Origin: Tubulanus polymorphus | Lineage: Eukaryota; Animalia; Nemertea | Length of the DNA: 64,000 bases | Reading direction: 5' to 3' | NCBI RefSeq assembly: GCF_964204645.1 | Contig: NC_134033.1 | Span: 14,764,655-14,828,654 of the forward strand | Part shown: one piece after another, positions 1 to 12,959 of the stretch | Numbering within the stretch: position 1 is the first letter of the stretch | How the letters are laid out: the number at the start of each line of letters is the position of its first letter | Position numbers and translations under genes: made by a program | Notes under the pieces: generated by a model | Told to the model about the DNA's origin: nothing | The model's database searches: none | The model's input: only the letters and a program-made list of their open reading frames with translations

Positions 1-682
1 GTCGACCATCCTGTAGAGTCATCACCCTGGTATGTAGGTTGTCGCTTGGCAATGGCTGTTGAATACGTCGCCTATCGAGGTTCTATTTTCTTGGAACTTC
101 TTTTTCATTTCCACACTACTACGCTTTCATGCTTCAGCTTGCGCATTTATACATTAAAACATTTCCAAATTCCCCGATTTACTCAATAATTAACTATATT
201 GCACTATAATGCCGTATATCGGACTCGTCCACTATACTGGTTGGGTTAGCCTTTGCGACATCAAGCTGTCAAGAGAAAGCGGACAAGTTCCATTGCTTAA
301 CAGCATGGAACGCTTTCTTTATCGCTACGATACCCCCGGTTCATCTATGACGAGTGCGCCTTTCACCGTCACATATCAATTCTTGCACACATCCCTAGGT
401 GAAGCTGTGCCTTAAAATACGACCATTTCTATACATACAAATCTGTGTACCGTTGGTTGACGGAATCAAATTTGTATGTCATTTGTAGACGACACGACCA
501 GATCAGATTCACCCTCGATTAGATCGTATTCGTTTTCTTTCATAAAAAAATAAGTCGATCGAAAAAACGTCCGGTGAGAACAGGCATCGAAGACGACGCC
601 GGGGACGCCGATGGGAAATTGGTAACCGGAGATCTGGGAGTCAGATATATCAGCATTCATTCCCACAGCTGATGATAAACTC

Positions 683-728
683 GTGTGTGCGTGCGTGTAT
701 GCGTGTCTGTGTGTGCGTGTGTGTGCGT
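683..728. repeat. Degenerate (GT/GC)n dinucleotide microsatellite
   Basis: gtgtgtgcgtgcgtgtatgcgtgtctgtgtgtgcgtgtgtgtgcgt. Confidence 0.7.
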
Positions 729-3700
729 GACGTTTTCAAACTTGTTTTCGCTCGCTGATTAATCGACGTATATTTGCCTTTTCACCGCGATTGCCTCCAC
801 GCACACACACACAGGACGACAACAGTTTAATCAATAGTCATTTTAATTCCGGATATCTTAAATGTTTGCAGTATTCGTGTCTTTTTTCGGGGACTGTCAT
901 TTTGATTGCGGACATCTCTCGTGTTCTGGTATATACGGCTAATAAAGTGAATACTGAATACCGACTGACACGGTCGATGCATCTGCTCCAATTCATATTG
1001 TAATTAAAGGAAATTATCAAGACGTAACGCAATTTCTACTGTTGCAGAGACGCCAAACACTGATTAACTTCGTGAATTCATTATCGAGATGAAGCTAATT
1101 CATAATGTCGGAGCTGGACTGTGATTGCGGCGTTGAATTAGGTCGATACACGTTACAATGTACTTTAACTAAAGGGCATTTGAATTTCTAGTAAATCATT
1201 ATGACACGCATTTTTCATTGGTTGCTGGAAACGGATATGGATATGACGAGCAACGCTTTTTTTGTTGGCGCCTTTGACGTCAAGATGTTAACAAAATGCT
1301 TATAAATTTGTGACGTCAACACCGATTAGACGAACATATTACATTTCTGCTTCTCAAGTGAAATCGATTCCGTTCGAAACCGAAGACGATGTTCATCCAT
1401 CCATTTTAAAGATGACATTTCACCAGGAATAGCGTCGATTTAGGTTGAATGTTTGCAATGGACTGGGATGGAATGGATGGATATTCATTACACAATGAAA
1501 AAAGGTGCCTTAGAAACTATTTAACCATTATTACTATTTGTATCGATAAAACAAAGATAGAAAGAGAAAGGAGCAATAGAAACTTACAATATGACGTCAT
1601 TCAATGCCGACACTTACCTATGAAGTAGTTGTTACCAGTTTTCAGACGGTCAGCAGGTATATCGATGTATCGAATGGTTGGTTTTTCGACCAGAGCCGTG
1701 CCAGAGTTTATACGACACAGGTGGAAATCCTGACGACGCACCGAGTACGGCTGTATGAACACAGGCTCCGTGTTATTGACTCCGATAAATCTGCAATTAA
1801 CAAATGAAACGAACTTCTCGGTAATTAACTATTCGTGCGAGGGTCCCTTTTCTAGATATCCCCCATTTGAAACGCCTTCGCTCGTTGCGAGATTCGTCCA
1901 GTGTAAACGTGAAAGCAAAATCAGGAAACATTTTCGTGCCCGATAAAGGCGTGGAATTACTTTTTGAGAAATTGAAGACGTTCATGGAATTGACTTATGA
2001 ATTGACAATATCTACATGTATTTCAAAATGAACTGGCCTTTTCGATCAGGAACATTTGATAATAATCATTGTTGCCCTATTCTCCATACTGCATGTACAA
2101 AATTCGAAATGTCTTGTCAAATATTGTGTCCCACAGCGATAGAAGTTGAAGCAGAGAAGATAAATCATTCAAAAAGGAAACATTTTCGCAATATTTTCTC
2201 TTTCAGCGTGTGATATTTCATTCATGTATTCGCCACTTACCTGGGAATCAGGGAAAGGTTTTCTTTGAGTGTATTTTTAGGTGGTAGTCAGGTAATTTTG
2301 TCGGGATTGCTATAGATCGCGCGTAGACTCGAACAGTCTCCGTCGATGTCTTACGTATATGACTGTATCTATTTATTGGATTCCGAACAGATGAAGTCAG
2401 GGAAACGATGCATATGTCAGCGAATAGTCGGGGGAAAACGTCGGAGTCAAATATAGAAGTACGACCTTTCTGTCATATTATCGTACAATCGGGACTGACT
2501 GTTTTTCATCAATGGTTGTATAGGTTCATATGATATACAAACATGGTCGATGACGTGTACAAGGACCACATCGTCTGCGTGTGATAAATGATGCACCGCA
2601 GTGCGTTAACGGTCGAGTGATTCTCACGAACAACTTTCTCGCCCCGCGTCGTTTTCCACGCTCCAGCGATTTGTTTGATCATCGCCGGAGGACAGTTCTG
2701 TACCCGGTGCGATAAACGGTATGAGCGTTCAATAACGGGAGAAAATATTTCAAATGGAATTAGTTTTTTCGTCCGAGCCCTAAAGCGCTGAAGGTCCCAG
2801 TTGGTTCTAAGTAATGTATAGACATGCTGAGAAAGTTCTAGTTGGTTCGATAGTCACAGGAAAAAAGGTACAGCGTTAGGGTTAACGGAGTTTTGAGAGC
2901 TGGATCAACTATATTGCCACGTAAGATATGGAGTAGTAAGTTGTTGCGTCTGTTGTGTTTAACAAAAAGATAGGTTTAATGCCGATCTGTCTGTTGGGCA
3001 ACTTTAAAGGTGTCAAGTTATTTGACGATGCAATGATTTAACTCGGCATTAACAGAACCTAACTCCATAATTATCAAACTCACTTAAAAGCTTAAGATCA
3101 TCATTAAACCCATTAACTTCAATGCGAAGTTCAGAATAAAGTATAAAATGCAGACGTTCCTGGATGCATTTTTCAAGGTATTCGATTTGTTCCAATATAC
3201 AAACGAAACATCGACATTTCATCGAAGCAGCTTTTAAGTCATTAGACCCGTTATCAACAGGAGTTAAACGAATGTTTGCCGAGTCAAATCCCATTTCGGG
3301 TAAGGCTAATGGTCGACTGGTTGAGTAAAGTGATTAGCAAGATCTTACTCATCGATAACATCTCGACGCTCGTCAAGGCATGTTCGGGTTATTCTGACTG
3401 TCTCATTTAAACACTACAGACAAACGTGCTGATGTTTGCCATCAGTATTTGAAGTGACATCGCGCAGTTTGTCGAGTATTTGGCCTCAACGGATTCTTGA
3501 CTTGGTAATTAGAAAACGTCGACGATTATGACACCACAGCTGCATCGCAATGTATTTAGATAGTCGGAGAAGCGACATTCGGGATGTTTATCCTTAAGCG
3601 ATATCTCTGCACCATTTCAGCATCGATGACATCATACTCGTTTGGAAATTAGACATGTACATGAAACTCATTCGCCGTCGTACAACATTCTTCTGTCAAC

Positions 3701-4000
3701 GTCATTTTTGTTGGTAAAATTACAAGCCAGAGATGCCTATGAGGACATGGAGCAATTTGCTTTTATTCGACGTGACCGCCGCCATATTGGTCGGCAAACG
3801 AAATAAGTGATCTACATGATGGACGCTCAAAGTTTGTAAATCCCCTGACTAGCGTTGTTTTAATTTCCTAAGAAGCTTCCTCTGAAGTCACTTGCCAGTG
3901 GCAATGCTTTGCCAGACATGACTAACAAGTTCTTCAGATTAAAAGTTGCTGCCAAGTGGAGGCGTGTAATAATCATGCAAAACTAGCACCGGCGGCTTTT

Positions 4001-4120
4001 AGTCGCTTGCCAGTGGTAAACCTGTACCAACACGAGCGACCTGATTAACAGTCGCTTGCCAGTGGTATACCCGTGCCAGCAGACGAGCGACCTCATTAAC
4101 AGTCGCTTGCCAGTGGTGAC
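4001..4120. repeat. Short tandem repeat, ~50-bp unit, ~2.4 copies
   Basis: agtcgcttgccagtggt at ~4001, ~4050 and ~4101, with acgagcgacc..attaac in the spacers; related cacttgccagtggc at ~3889. Confidence 0.75.
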
Positions 4121-4430
4121 GATGTGATTAATGGCTCAACCCGCAATCATCCCTGAGTTTGATCGCTCGGAAATGATATTATTACCACGAAGGTTTTTCA
4201 TACAATGTGGCTTTCCGGAATCGACGTTCTATTTGCCGACGGGGTTCAGCGTTCATCAGACACGTACTGGCGTACAGCCGACGAATAAATCATTCATAAA
4301 TTGGCCATCAATTCCTCAATTCTTTAAAATCCGACTCGAATAACACGAGCTTAAACAGTCATTACTGAGCCGTAATACACGTGGTGAAATCAGGAAAAGA
4401 CTCGTGTTGTCGCATAGCATAATCAATCCT

Positions 4431-4586
4431 GAGTGGTTAGAGCGTTCAACTCTGGGAAGCCAGGTCGTGGGTTTCGAACCCCGCACATAACCGTAGTGTC
4501 CTCGGGCGAGACACATTCCTAATTTCCTCTCTCCACCCAGGAGTAAATGGGTATCTGGTCTGATAGATGACTCCTGAGCGCCTAGC
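4431..4586 (+). mobile_element. tRNA-derived SINE fragment with CORE-like domain
   Basis: A-box-like gagtggttagagcg, B-box-like gggtttcgaacccc, then gtgtcctcgggcgagacac...ctctccacccaggagtaaatgggta, resembling the SINE CORE segment; no complete cloverleaf. Confidence 0.65.
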
Positions 4587-4979
4587 AACTGATTCTAATT
4601 ATCAATAATCCCGGAAAGAAGTAACCTGCATACCGTTTGGATCACGGTTGGGAAATTCAGTTTTGATTTAATAATATGCTTATTAGGTGCCACGCGATAA
4701 CGACGCCGACGTCCAAAGAATTGCGTGGTAAAGAAGCTAATTTCGAAGCTAATTTATCATTTTCGAGTGAATTCAATATCGCCAATGATTCCGCGGTGTT
4801 GGTACGTGTAACACGTCATGGCTTTTGATTGAGTGACATCCATACGGATTAACGTCATTACTCTATAGTTATCGATAGACTCCGCCTAAATCCTCATCGA
4901 ACACGACTTAATCACATCGGACAAGTGCGGATATTTACACGGTATGTGATGACGTCATCGATTATTGCGTCATTCTCGC

Positions 4980-5383
4980 TCACATCAATCTATTGACGAT
5001 GAACTGCATTTTCTGATCGACTGTTCATACTCCGACAGTGCCAGGTCTGATATTTTCACGTATTTGGACACTTTTACCGATTTCAGGACCCTGTCTCACT
5101 TTGATAAATTCGCTTTTCTGATGTCTTACAATAACAACGATCCCGAAAATGTCAAGACTCGACTCCATTTCATAGTAATTCCTCAGCTTTGCGACTGAGG
5201 GCGCTTTTCTAATTATTTCTTGTATAAGTGTTTTATTTTTTTTAATGCTACTATGTATTATGTATTCTCTATTTAATGTCATTCTTTAATGTTTTGTCCT
5301 GAAAATTTATTGCATGTCTTATCCTATGTATAAATGTTATATACGGCGCAATAAATATAAGTTCAAGTTCAAGTTCAAGTTCA
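4980..5383 (+). mobile_element. 5'-truncated non-LTR retrotransposon (CR1/L2-like) 3' end
   Basis: SIDDELHFLIDCSYSDSAR resembles the ExxxHFLxxC C-terminus of LINE ORF2; followed by AT-rich 3'UTR, AATAAA at 5350 and an (AAGTTC)4 tail at 5359-5382. Confidence 0.7.
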
Positions 5384-5939
5384 TGCGTAAACTGCGGAAT
5401 CCAGTTCCACAGTTCTGAACTCAGATGACCTAATTTCGACTCAGAAATAAAATCCGCTGAACTGGATCCAGCAAGCTAGGGACATCTAAATTATGCACGT
5501 CCACGCGAGGTTTCGTGAGCACCCATCGCTTCTGAAACAATATCCATCACCTCAGCAACCCATGTGTCAATCAGCTCCGACTTCCTTATAGTTTAGAGAA
5601 GAGAATTCCCCTAACAAATAAACAGAGACAAAAATTTCCTTTGATCAAAATAATCCAATCTATTTACACGTTGACGCCAGGACTACGTGGATGGAATTTG
5701 AAGTCTCGATTTTCTTTCAACGGTAGAACATAAATCGGCCTCTATTTCAAGCGGTGTATACGATGGGAATGACTTCCGGTAGCTTCCGGTGTCTGAGAGA
5801 CATGTAAACGGCGGACAGCAGACGATCGAGGTCGTTCTCGGATTTCTTCATTCTCGCATCGCAGACAATATGAAATAATGTTTGCGTTGTAATGAGTTTG
5901 AAGATGATTTACGTTCACTCCGACCGCGGATATCGACTA

Positions 5940-6710
5940 CCCGTCGAATCGGACATTGACTGATGGGAACTGGAACTTTGTAATCATAGTTAAATTGAAA
6001 ATTGAAGGCATCTTCGATATTTCATTTGAAAATGGTTACCCACGTTGTACAATCTTATAACGAAGGGTTCTTTCAAGGTTCTTTGAGTTCCAGTTCCCCG
6101 TCAGTCTCTTTCCAATTCGACAGGTTCTACTGTTAAATTGAAAGCATCTTCGATATTTCATTTGAAAATGGTTACCCACGTTGTACAATCTTATAACGAA
6201 GGGTTCTTTCAAGGTTCTTTGAGTTCCAGTTCCCCGTCAGTCTCTTTCCAATTCGACAGGTTCTACTGTTAAATTGAAAGCATCTTCGATATTTCATTTG
6301 AAAATGGTTACCCACGTTGTACAATCTTATAACGAAGGGTTCTTTCAAGGTTCTTTGAGTTCCAGTTCCCCGTCAGTCTCTTTCCAATCCGACAGGTTCT
6401 ACTGTTAAATTGAAAGCATCTTCGATATTTCATTTGAAAATGGTTACCAACGTTGTACAATCTTATAACGAAGGGTTCTTTCAAGGTTCTTTGAGTTCCA
6501 GTTCCCAGTCAGTCTCTTTCCAATTCGACAGGTTCTACTGTTAAATTGAAAGCATCTTCGATATTTCATTCGAAAATGTTTACCCACGTTGTACAATCTT
6601 ATAACGAAGGGTTCTTTCAGGGTTCGTTGAGTTCCAGTTCCCCGTCAGTCTCTTTCCAATTCGACAGGTTCTACTGTTAAATTGGAAGCATCTTCGATAT
6701 TTCATTTATA
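5940..6710. repeat. 136-bp tandem array (~5.3 copies) preceded by an inverted partial unit
   Basis: catcttcgatatttc at 6009, 6145, 6281, 6417, 6553 and 6689 (period 136); 5940-5978 is a diverged reverse complement of the unit segment gagttccagttccccgtcagtctctttccaattcgacagg. Confidence 0.95.
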
Positions 6711-9357
6711 ATGAAAATGTTTTACCCACTATACTCGAAGAACAAAGGGTTTTTTCGGGGTTCTTTGAAAACTTTTCTTGGTGGAGCTTTCGTGTTCTTC
6801 AACAATATAGACTGTAGGATTGGGGTTTCTCGGAACTTTTAAGATGATTGACAAAGGACCTTAAACTACTCCGTCGATTGCCAAGTAATTGGGGTTATAT
6901 GGTGTATAATCGATAGCGAATTTCATATTTCGCTATCGATTCGAATTCATTCTCCTTCGAATCCACCAATTTGACGATCGACTCTTGAAATGACGCACGT
7001 GCCCGATACAGACACAACGATTCAATTTTAGGAAAGATTCGCTCATTTCGAAGTGACGCCCCGTTCGGCCATTGTCAGGAGGAATTATGTGAGAGCTCTT
7101 CTTCAATACCCCACACTCCGCACAGCGCTGGTGTCTGGTTATTTTTATTAAAAAAACCGATAAATTACGCCCTAATTCAATTTTCAGCTTCGCGAGTGAA
7201 TCAAGTAAATTCCACGATGTTAACTCGTCATTTTCGACTTCGACGTTTTTGGCTAATGATAATTCAGTGTTTATCGACGGGCGCGTTCTGATTCGACAAT
7301 CGAAACAAAATTGCGATCGCACACAGTTTCACTGCAAAAGCTATCAATGCCGCTTTAGGTGTTTGATAATTTAACGCAAATCCTGGCGGCAACTTGCCGT
7401 TGAATAAATAACCATTCAGACTTTCGATTGCTGTAAAAAATGCCAGCAAACAGTCGTGATACATATTCGTGATTATAGCAGCAAACCGGATAAACAAAGT
7501 CTCATCGTTTTCAATCTGGGAAAACATGAACTCCTTGTTTTCATATCAATCAAAGGTTTTCTGTGTGAAGAGGATATGGTTTACTAAACAGCGCAGATCG
7601 GCGATGTAGCAATATCAATTCATCCAGAATATAGCTAGCTTTGCGCTTTTGATTCGAAATTATAAAGATGATAAGATGCCCGTTTACGAACAGTACAAAT
7701 CCTAAACGACCATTGTTTCATTTTGTTTATCTCGCTCTTAACGTCATTCGGATCGGGGTTTCCCGAGACTCTATTGAATTGATCACTTTGCTCGACGCGT
7801 TCAAGCACCCGTCCCAAACATCTGCGGTATGCACCTATTGTTTCCGATCTAATCAGCTTTACCATTCCGAGTATGATTGGGTATTACTTTAATTACCTCC
7901 TTCAGCAGAATTTCGCTGCCGGGCGAAATGGTAAACCAGATACACATTATTCTGCATACAACCGCGGACTCTAAAACGACGAGTCCGTAATGCAACAAAT
8001 GATAAACTAAGCATTTTCTAGGCGTTTGACTGTCGAGTCAAACCGAGGAAGGGCTATTGGTTTTACAAATCCGCTTCCGACAGAATAACGGTATAAAAAC
8101 AGTGCAGTTATTGCTACGCGATGGAAAGTATTGTGTTCAGAGCTGTATCGGTTACAGGCACAGAAACGATAGTTTTGCAGCAGCCTACAGCGCGCGGATG
8201 CCTGGCTGTCTTACCAGATCGAGTGCGGCAAAATATCAAAATATAAAAGTCAATTTTTCTCACTCCGCGGATCGTAAGAAATGACGTGAAGTATATATCG
8301 AAGAATGGAAAAGAACATAGCACGAGTTTATTGGTAAATATTTTGAAAATTCCATTCTTTTGTAATTTTTTAAGTGAGATTGACTTATTTATAATAAAGA
8401 TAACGTCGACAATACGCGAGTGTATCGAAGACTATTATTCCAGCCACCTCGCAATCATGCAGACAAGTAACATCAGAACGCTGTATAACTTGTGTATTTT
8501 CTTTTATAAGTCAAACTGAAAAAATATTCGTGTAAACACGGCTATCGCTGCTATGTTATTTTGTATATTCTATTTTTCACTCATATTGAGTTTGTCGAAC
8601 TGAAACTGAAACAACCCATATAACTGGCGTCTAGTAAAACACATACCTTAGTTCTGTGCCCTGCTGTATACTGAGTGGTGTCAACTGTATATCCATTAGC
8701 TCATGAGCTGTACCTACCAGCCCAAAACAGGTCTCGACGCTGTTGCAGGAACCCTATAATATCAATCACAACGGTAAGTGTCGGAGCATATATCTATGGA
8801 TGCTGTCATATTAACAGATCAAATCGGATGAAATACTACACGAAAAGTTTTCCTAAAGCTAGTATTTCATTAAACGTTTCGACTTAATCCGTATCGACAT
8901 CTTCAAGATACCAACGTTCAAAAAATTAGTATGTATAATCCAGAACAAAGATAATCGAGTAAACAGCAGGTTATATACAAATAGCATAAAAACAGTTGTA
9001 ACAACTAAACAAATTAAAAGTTGAGCAAACTGGATAATGAAATTTGAGTGAAAAATCAAACAGAAGAAGGGAACAAATCGGTGAATTTTAGCAAATTATG
9101 AAATCGCGGCAAAATCATACACATAACTTACTTCCGTTATATCCCATTCGACAGTGACCGGTTCGGTGTGCGTTGACCAGACGATGTTATCACCGCTTGG
9201 CTCCGGGCACGCTGGACCCGATTTCGTGATCCCGACCAGAGATAATACCACCAAAACGCAGCAGAGCATCGTCATCGAAGACTTCTCTGAAAAGAATTAT
9301 TTGATAATGCAGAAACTAACGAAACGGCATTGGCAATCTAATATTACGGGATAATGT

Positions 9358-9695
9358 CATCCTCCCTCTGCAGGGACTCGAACCTGATGGCATCGCTACA
9401 CTCAACCACGGCACGAACCCCTGCATCAGTAGACCGGGTGCGCAGGTACATGCGCAGCTTTCCGAACGAAAACTGGCGGCACCAATCAGATTGCTCGTTG
9501 TATAATCGTTGAGGCAAATTTCAAGGAAGAACTATAAATGGGAAAACCCGGGATAAAATAAAACGGGATTTCTGATTGGCTAAAAATCACATCACCTTAA
9601 CTGCGCATGTATCTGCGCACACGGTCGATTATGGCAGGGTTTCGTGCCGTGGCAATCGCGATGCCATCAGGTTCGAATCCCTGCCGGGGAGGATG
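9358..9695. mobile_element. Non-autonomous DNA transposon (MITE), ~100-bp imperfect TIRs starting CATCCTCCC
   Basis: Left arm catcctccctctgcagggactcgaacctgatggcatcgc...gtacatgcgc is mirrored at 9603-9695; flanked by direct repeat ggataatgt; shorter copy at 35095-35201. Confidence 0.85.
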
Positions 9696-12160
9696 GGATA
9701 ATGTTGAATCATCATATAGTAACATCCTACGAAAAAAACAAACGAGTCGGGAAGGTTTTCAAGAGTTTAGTAATTTAATTCAACATTTCGACTCTATCCG
9801 TTTAGTCATCAGCAATACTATAATATTCCCATACAGTAGATTATTCCTAAAGATGACTATTATGATATAGTCGAAACGTTGAAATAAACTACTTACTCAG
9901 GAAAACCTTCTTGGAATCGTTTTCGAACTGTGGGATTTTGCCGTATTTTTTAATTACTGGAAAATTTATATAATTATACAATATTATACATGCATTATAA
10001 CCACGTAATAATTCAGAAATAATCATCTGACAATATTATCAAACAGTGATTTTCTTGTCAATTTCTCATCGAAATCTCCTGAATTTTTAAGTTTATGCAG
10101 AACGGAAAGCCGAACAAAAAGGCAGCTGTCTTTTTCATCGCTTCTGGCTGATAACACACGACGGATGCAGACGTCGAGTCTTGACGGCGGAGACAATTTT
10201 TCTCCAACCGAAAATAGCTCGCAATTTCTCGGTAAAGGCTAACAGCAAATCGTATAGTTATTTACTAAAAATGACGTCACAGCGAGCGAGTCGCCGAGAG
10301 GATCATCCCGACTTCCTTGAGGGAAACACAGAAATTCCGGCGTCGAGCGACGAGACGGAATCACAGTCGCTCGCCACGTCGCGATACCGACTAAATCCGC
10401 AGAGGCTTACATACGTATAATGAAGGATTCTTCAAACGACACGTCGTTTATAGCTTCAGACACGCGACAAAATCCAACTTTACGAACGAACCGAAAAACA
10501 ATTTATAACAAACCGATCTCTCAGAGGATGCAACTTAGTGTTCGCGTAACTAATTGGATTTCGCGCGGGTTTTTCATGGTCAGACACGCGAACAGGTAAT
10601 GAAAAAAAAAACAATTCAATTCAGATCTTTTCGATGTGATTACTATCTGGTAAAGCTATTTTTAGCTATGTATCTCAATCTGTGTCAACGCAACACGAGG
10701 AATCTCTCTATATCTTCTATTACGTCAGACGTAAAAACGTGCATACGTCGGGTTTACGCGAAGGCGAGCGCCCTAGACACAAAGCCTCTTGCGGGGGTCT
10801 GGGGCCCTTCGCCATAAAATTTCCAAAAACCAGATGCATCCACATACATTGTAATGTATTCTAAAAATAGGATTGGCACTAAATGCCTAACACAGTCTTC
10901 GGATCATTTCTTCCACAAAATAGAAATATTTTTGGAAATTTCAAAAGAATCGTGTTTTTTTCATCATTGGTCCGACATTGTTGGAGCTGTAGTAACGTCA
11001 CTGGTGAAACAGTGTCATTAGGAGTGGCTATAAGTTAGATTAAATTTTCGTGGTTAAGTAGCTCTGCGTGATTCGATGTTAGAAGCCCTTATTGAACACC
11101 AAACTACAAGAATGTATCGGCTTACCTGTGATAGTTGAAGGGATAAACAGGAGATGAAACGTGTATCCCGCTAACTGCTTTTATGACTCCATTTTCACAT
11201 TCGCGATGGTAAGTTAAGCACTTGGCAGTTTACCGAGCTATCAGCGTTTAAATCCACTATAATTATCTAAACGCGGCTCGCAACCAGCGCGCCAGCAGCG
11301 GCACCAGCTCTTAGAAACTGTCGATCGTGTGCGTAACGATCAGATTTCAATTAATCCAGGTAATTAACGCTTAATGAATTTACAACATTGATCAGGGTTC
11401 GTTTGGCGGTATACGTTACTCTCGTCGCTATGAGAAAGGATTATCGATAGATGCCGGTCTAATCCACGGGTTTAGTGATAATCCGGTGAGGTGGATTTGT
11501 CGCGCCGGTTTATATAGGTGAAGCAGTGAGGACGATCGTTCCAGTCTGAGTAAATCAGCGTTAATCCTCTGCAGTGTCGTGTATTTGGTTGTGTGTATGA
11601 TCGCAATGTGATGCGACAGATGCCGTCAGTCACAATACCAGAAAACTGCAGAGACATCTAGCGGTATTGCAAACGACAATAATACAAAAGGCGATTCGAC
11701 GATTTGAAAGCAGATATTTAAATGCAGTTCTATAATGCAGCTAGCAATCTGCTGTCTGTAACTGTCAATCTGCTGTCTGTACCCAGCCCTTCAGACGATC
11801 AAGTTTTTAATGGCGAAGTCTGGACCGAACACGTTTTCACAAATGGTGAATATCTGTCTAAAATTTATGGTTCGGCCACCACACCCTTATGCATTTTCTG
11901 GGGTACTGCCATAGGGGGTGGCGACGCCTGGCCGAACATGTTTTGGGGAAATGGTAAATATCTGTCGAACGTCTGGAGGGAGGTGTACAGACAGCAGGCT
12001 GATATCTGCATAAGGACGACCTGAGCTGAAAACATCGGAGAACACTTTTGGTTAAATTTCCTGATCGAATTTGGACCTTTGAATGTGTTCCTCATGGGAT
12101 TATGCGGTACCAAACTTGTATCAAAATCCAGACCGTATTTCTATAATACAACAATGATAC

Positions 12161-12173
12161 AATAAAGTTTATT
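12161..12173. terminator. Back-to-back poly(A) signals (aataaagtttatt); the minus-strand one is the probable signal of the Dispatched-like gene
   Basis: AATAAA on both strands ~790 nt downstream of the Dispatched-like stop. Confidence 0.4.
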
Positions 12174-12959
12174 ACAATCAAAATAGATATTGGTACAAAG
12201 GATAAAGTCACAAAAATATACAAGAATATCATCAACAACATATATTATAATTAAAAAGACAAAGCACACTTTAAAAGACTTCAAAACATGTGATATTCAT
12301 TTAACACCATCAGTTATATTTCAATAACATTCAATAAACAGAATTGCGTTTGTTTATTTTTATTATTACATCATTCGGATTATGGGGCCTCTATTGGATT
12401 TTTCTCAGCAGAACGGCCTACTGAAATGTTACCCGCAAACTGTATGCAGCCAACAGGACCAGAACCCGTTTGTCACTGAGCAATGATAGTGAGTGAATGC
12501 AACAGCAACAAACTCAGACTCCATTCAGCATAGACATAACAAAAAACATCGTTTGTATCTTACACTAAAATCAGTATGTACATTATAGAAACGAACAAGG
12601 AATAAAGCATGATCAACAGACGACAAAATGATGAAAAATACGGAACATGTTAAGAAAAATACAGTGCGAGTAATCGCATAATATACGCCGAAAAACGTTG
12701 AAACGTTGGACGATCGCAAAACGAATTTGACGAACTTAGCTCTAGCTGAACGATACTGGCGTTGTCAAAAGTGCATCACGCATTATCCCACTGGGCTATT
12801 GAGGCTGCCTAAAACAATAGGAAACTTGTACATTTAAAACACAAATTACATGTACTGAATGAAAAGGTATCACAGATTTTCATGAGGCCGCATTAAACAA
12901 CATATGAATTATATATTAAACACTTATAATATACAATGTAGAATCTACAATGAAAAATT

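Noticed and set aside
4431-4500. Possible tRNA gene
   Set aside because: A/B-box-like motifs only, no acceptor stem; continues into a SINE body.
5990-6710. Possible CRISPR-like array
   Set aside because: Units are contiguous near-identical copies with no unique spacers; eukaryotic context; no cas genes.
1-11700. Short ORFs and isolated minus-strand splice-like sites (donors near 1617, 2239, 11126; acceptor plus ATG near position 10)
   Set aside because: No recognisable protein or consistent exon chain; may be UTR exons of a gene left of the window, but this cannot be supported here.
11722-12113. 100-aa ORF with an internal NG(E/K)YLS duplication
   Set aside because: Explained by a diverged DNA-level duplication, probably a repeat remnant; no splice or domain support.
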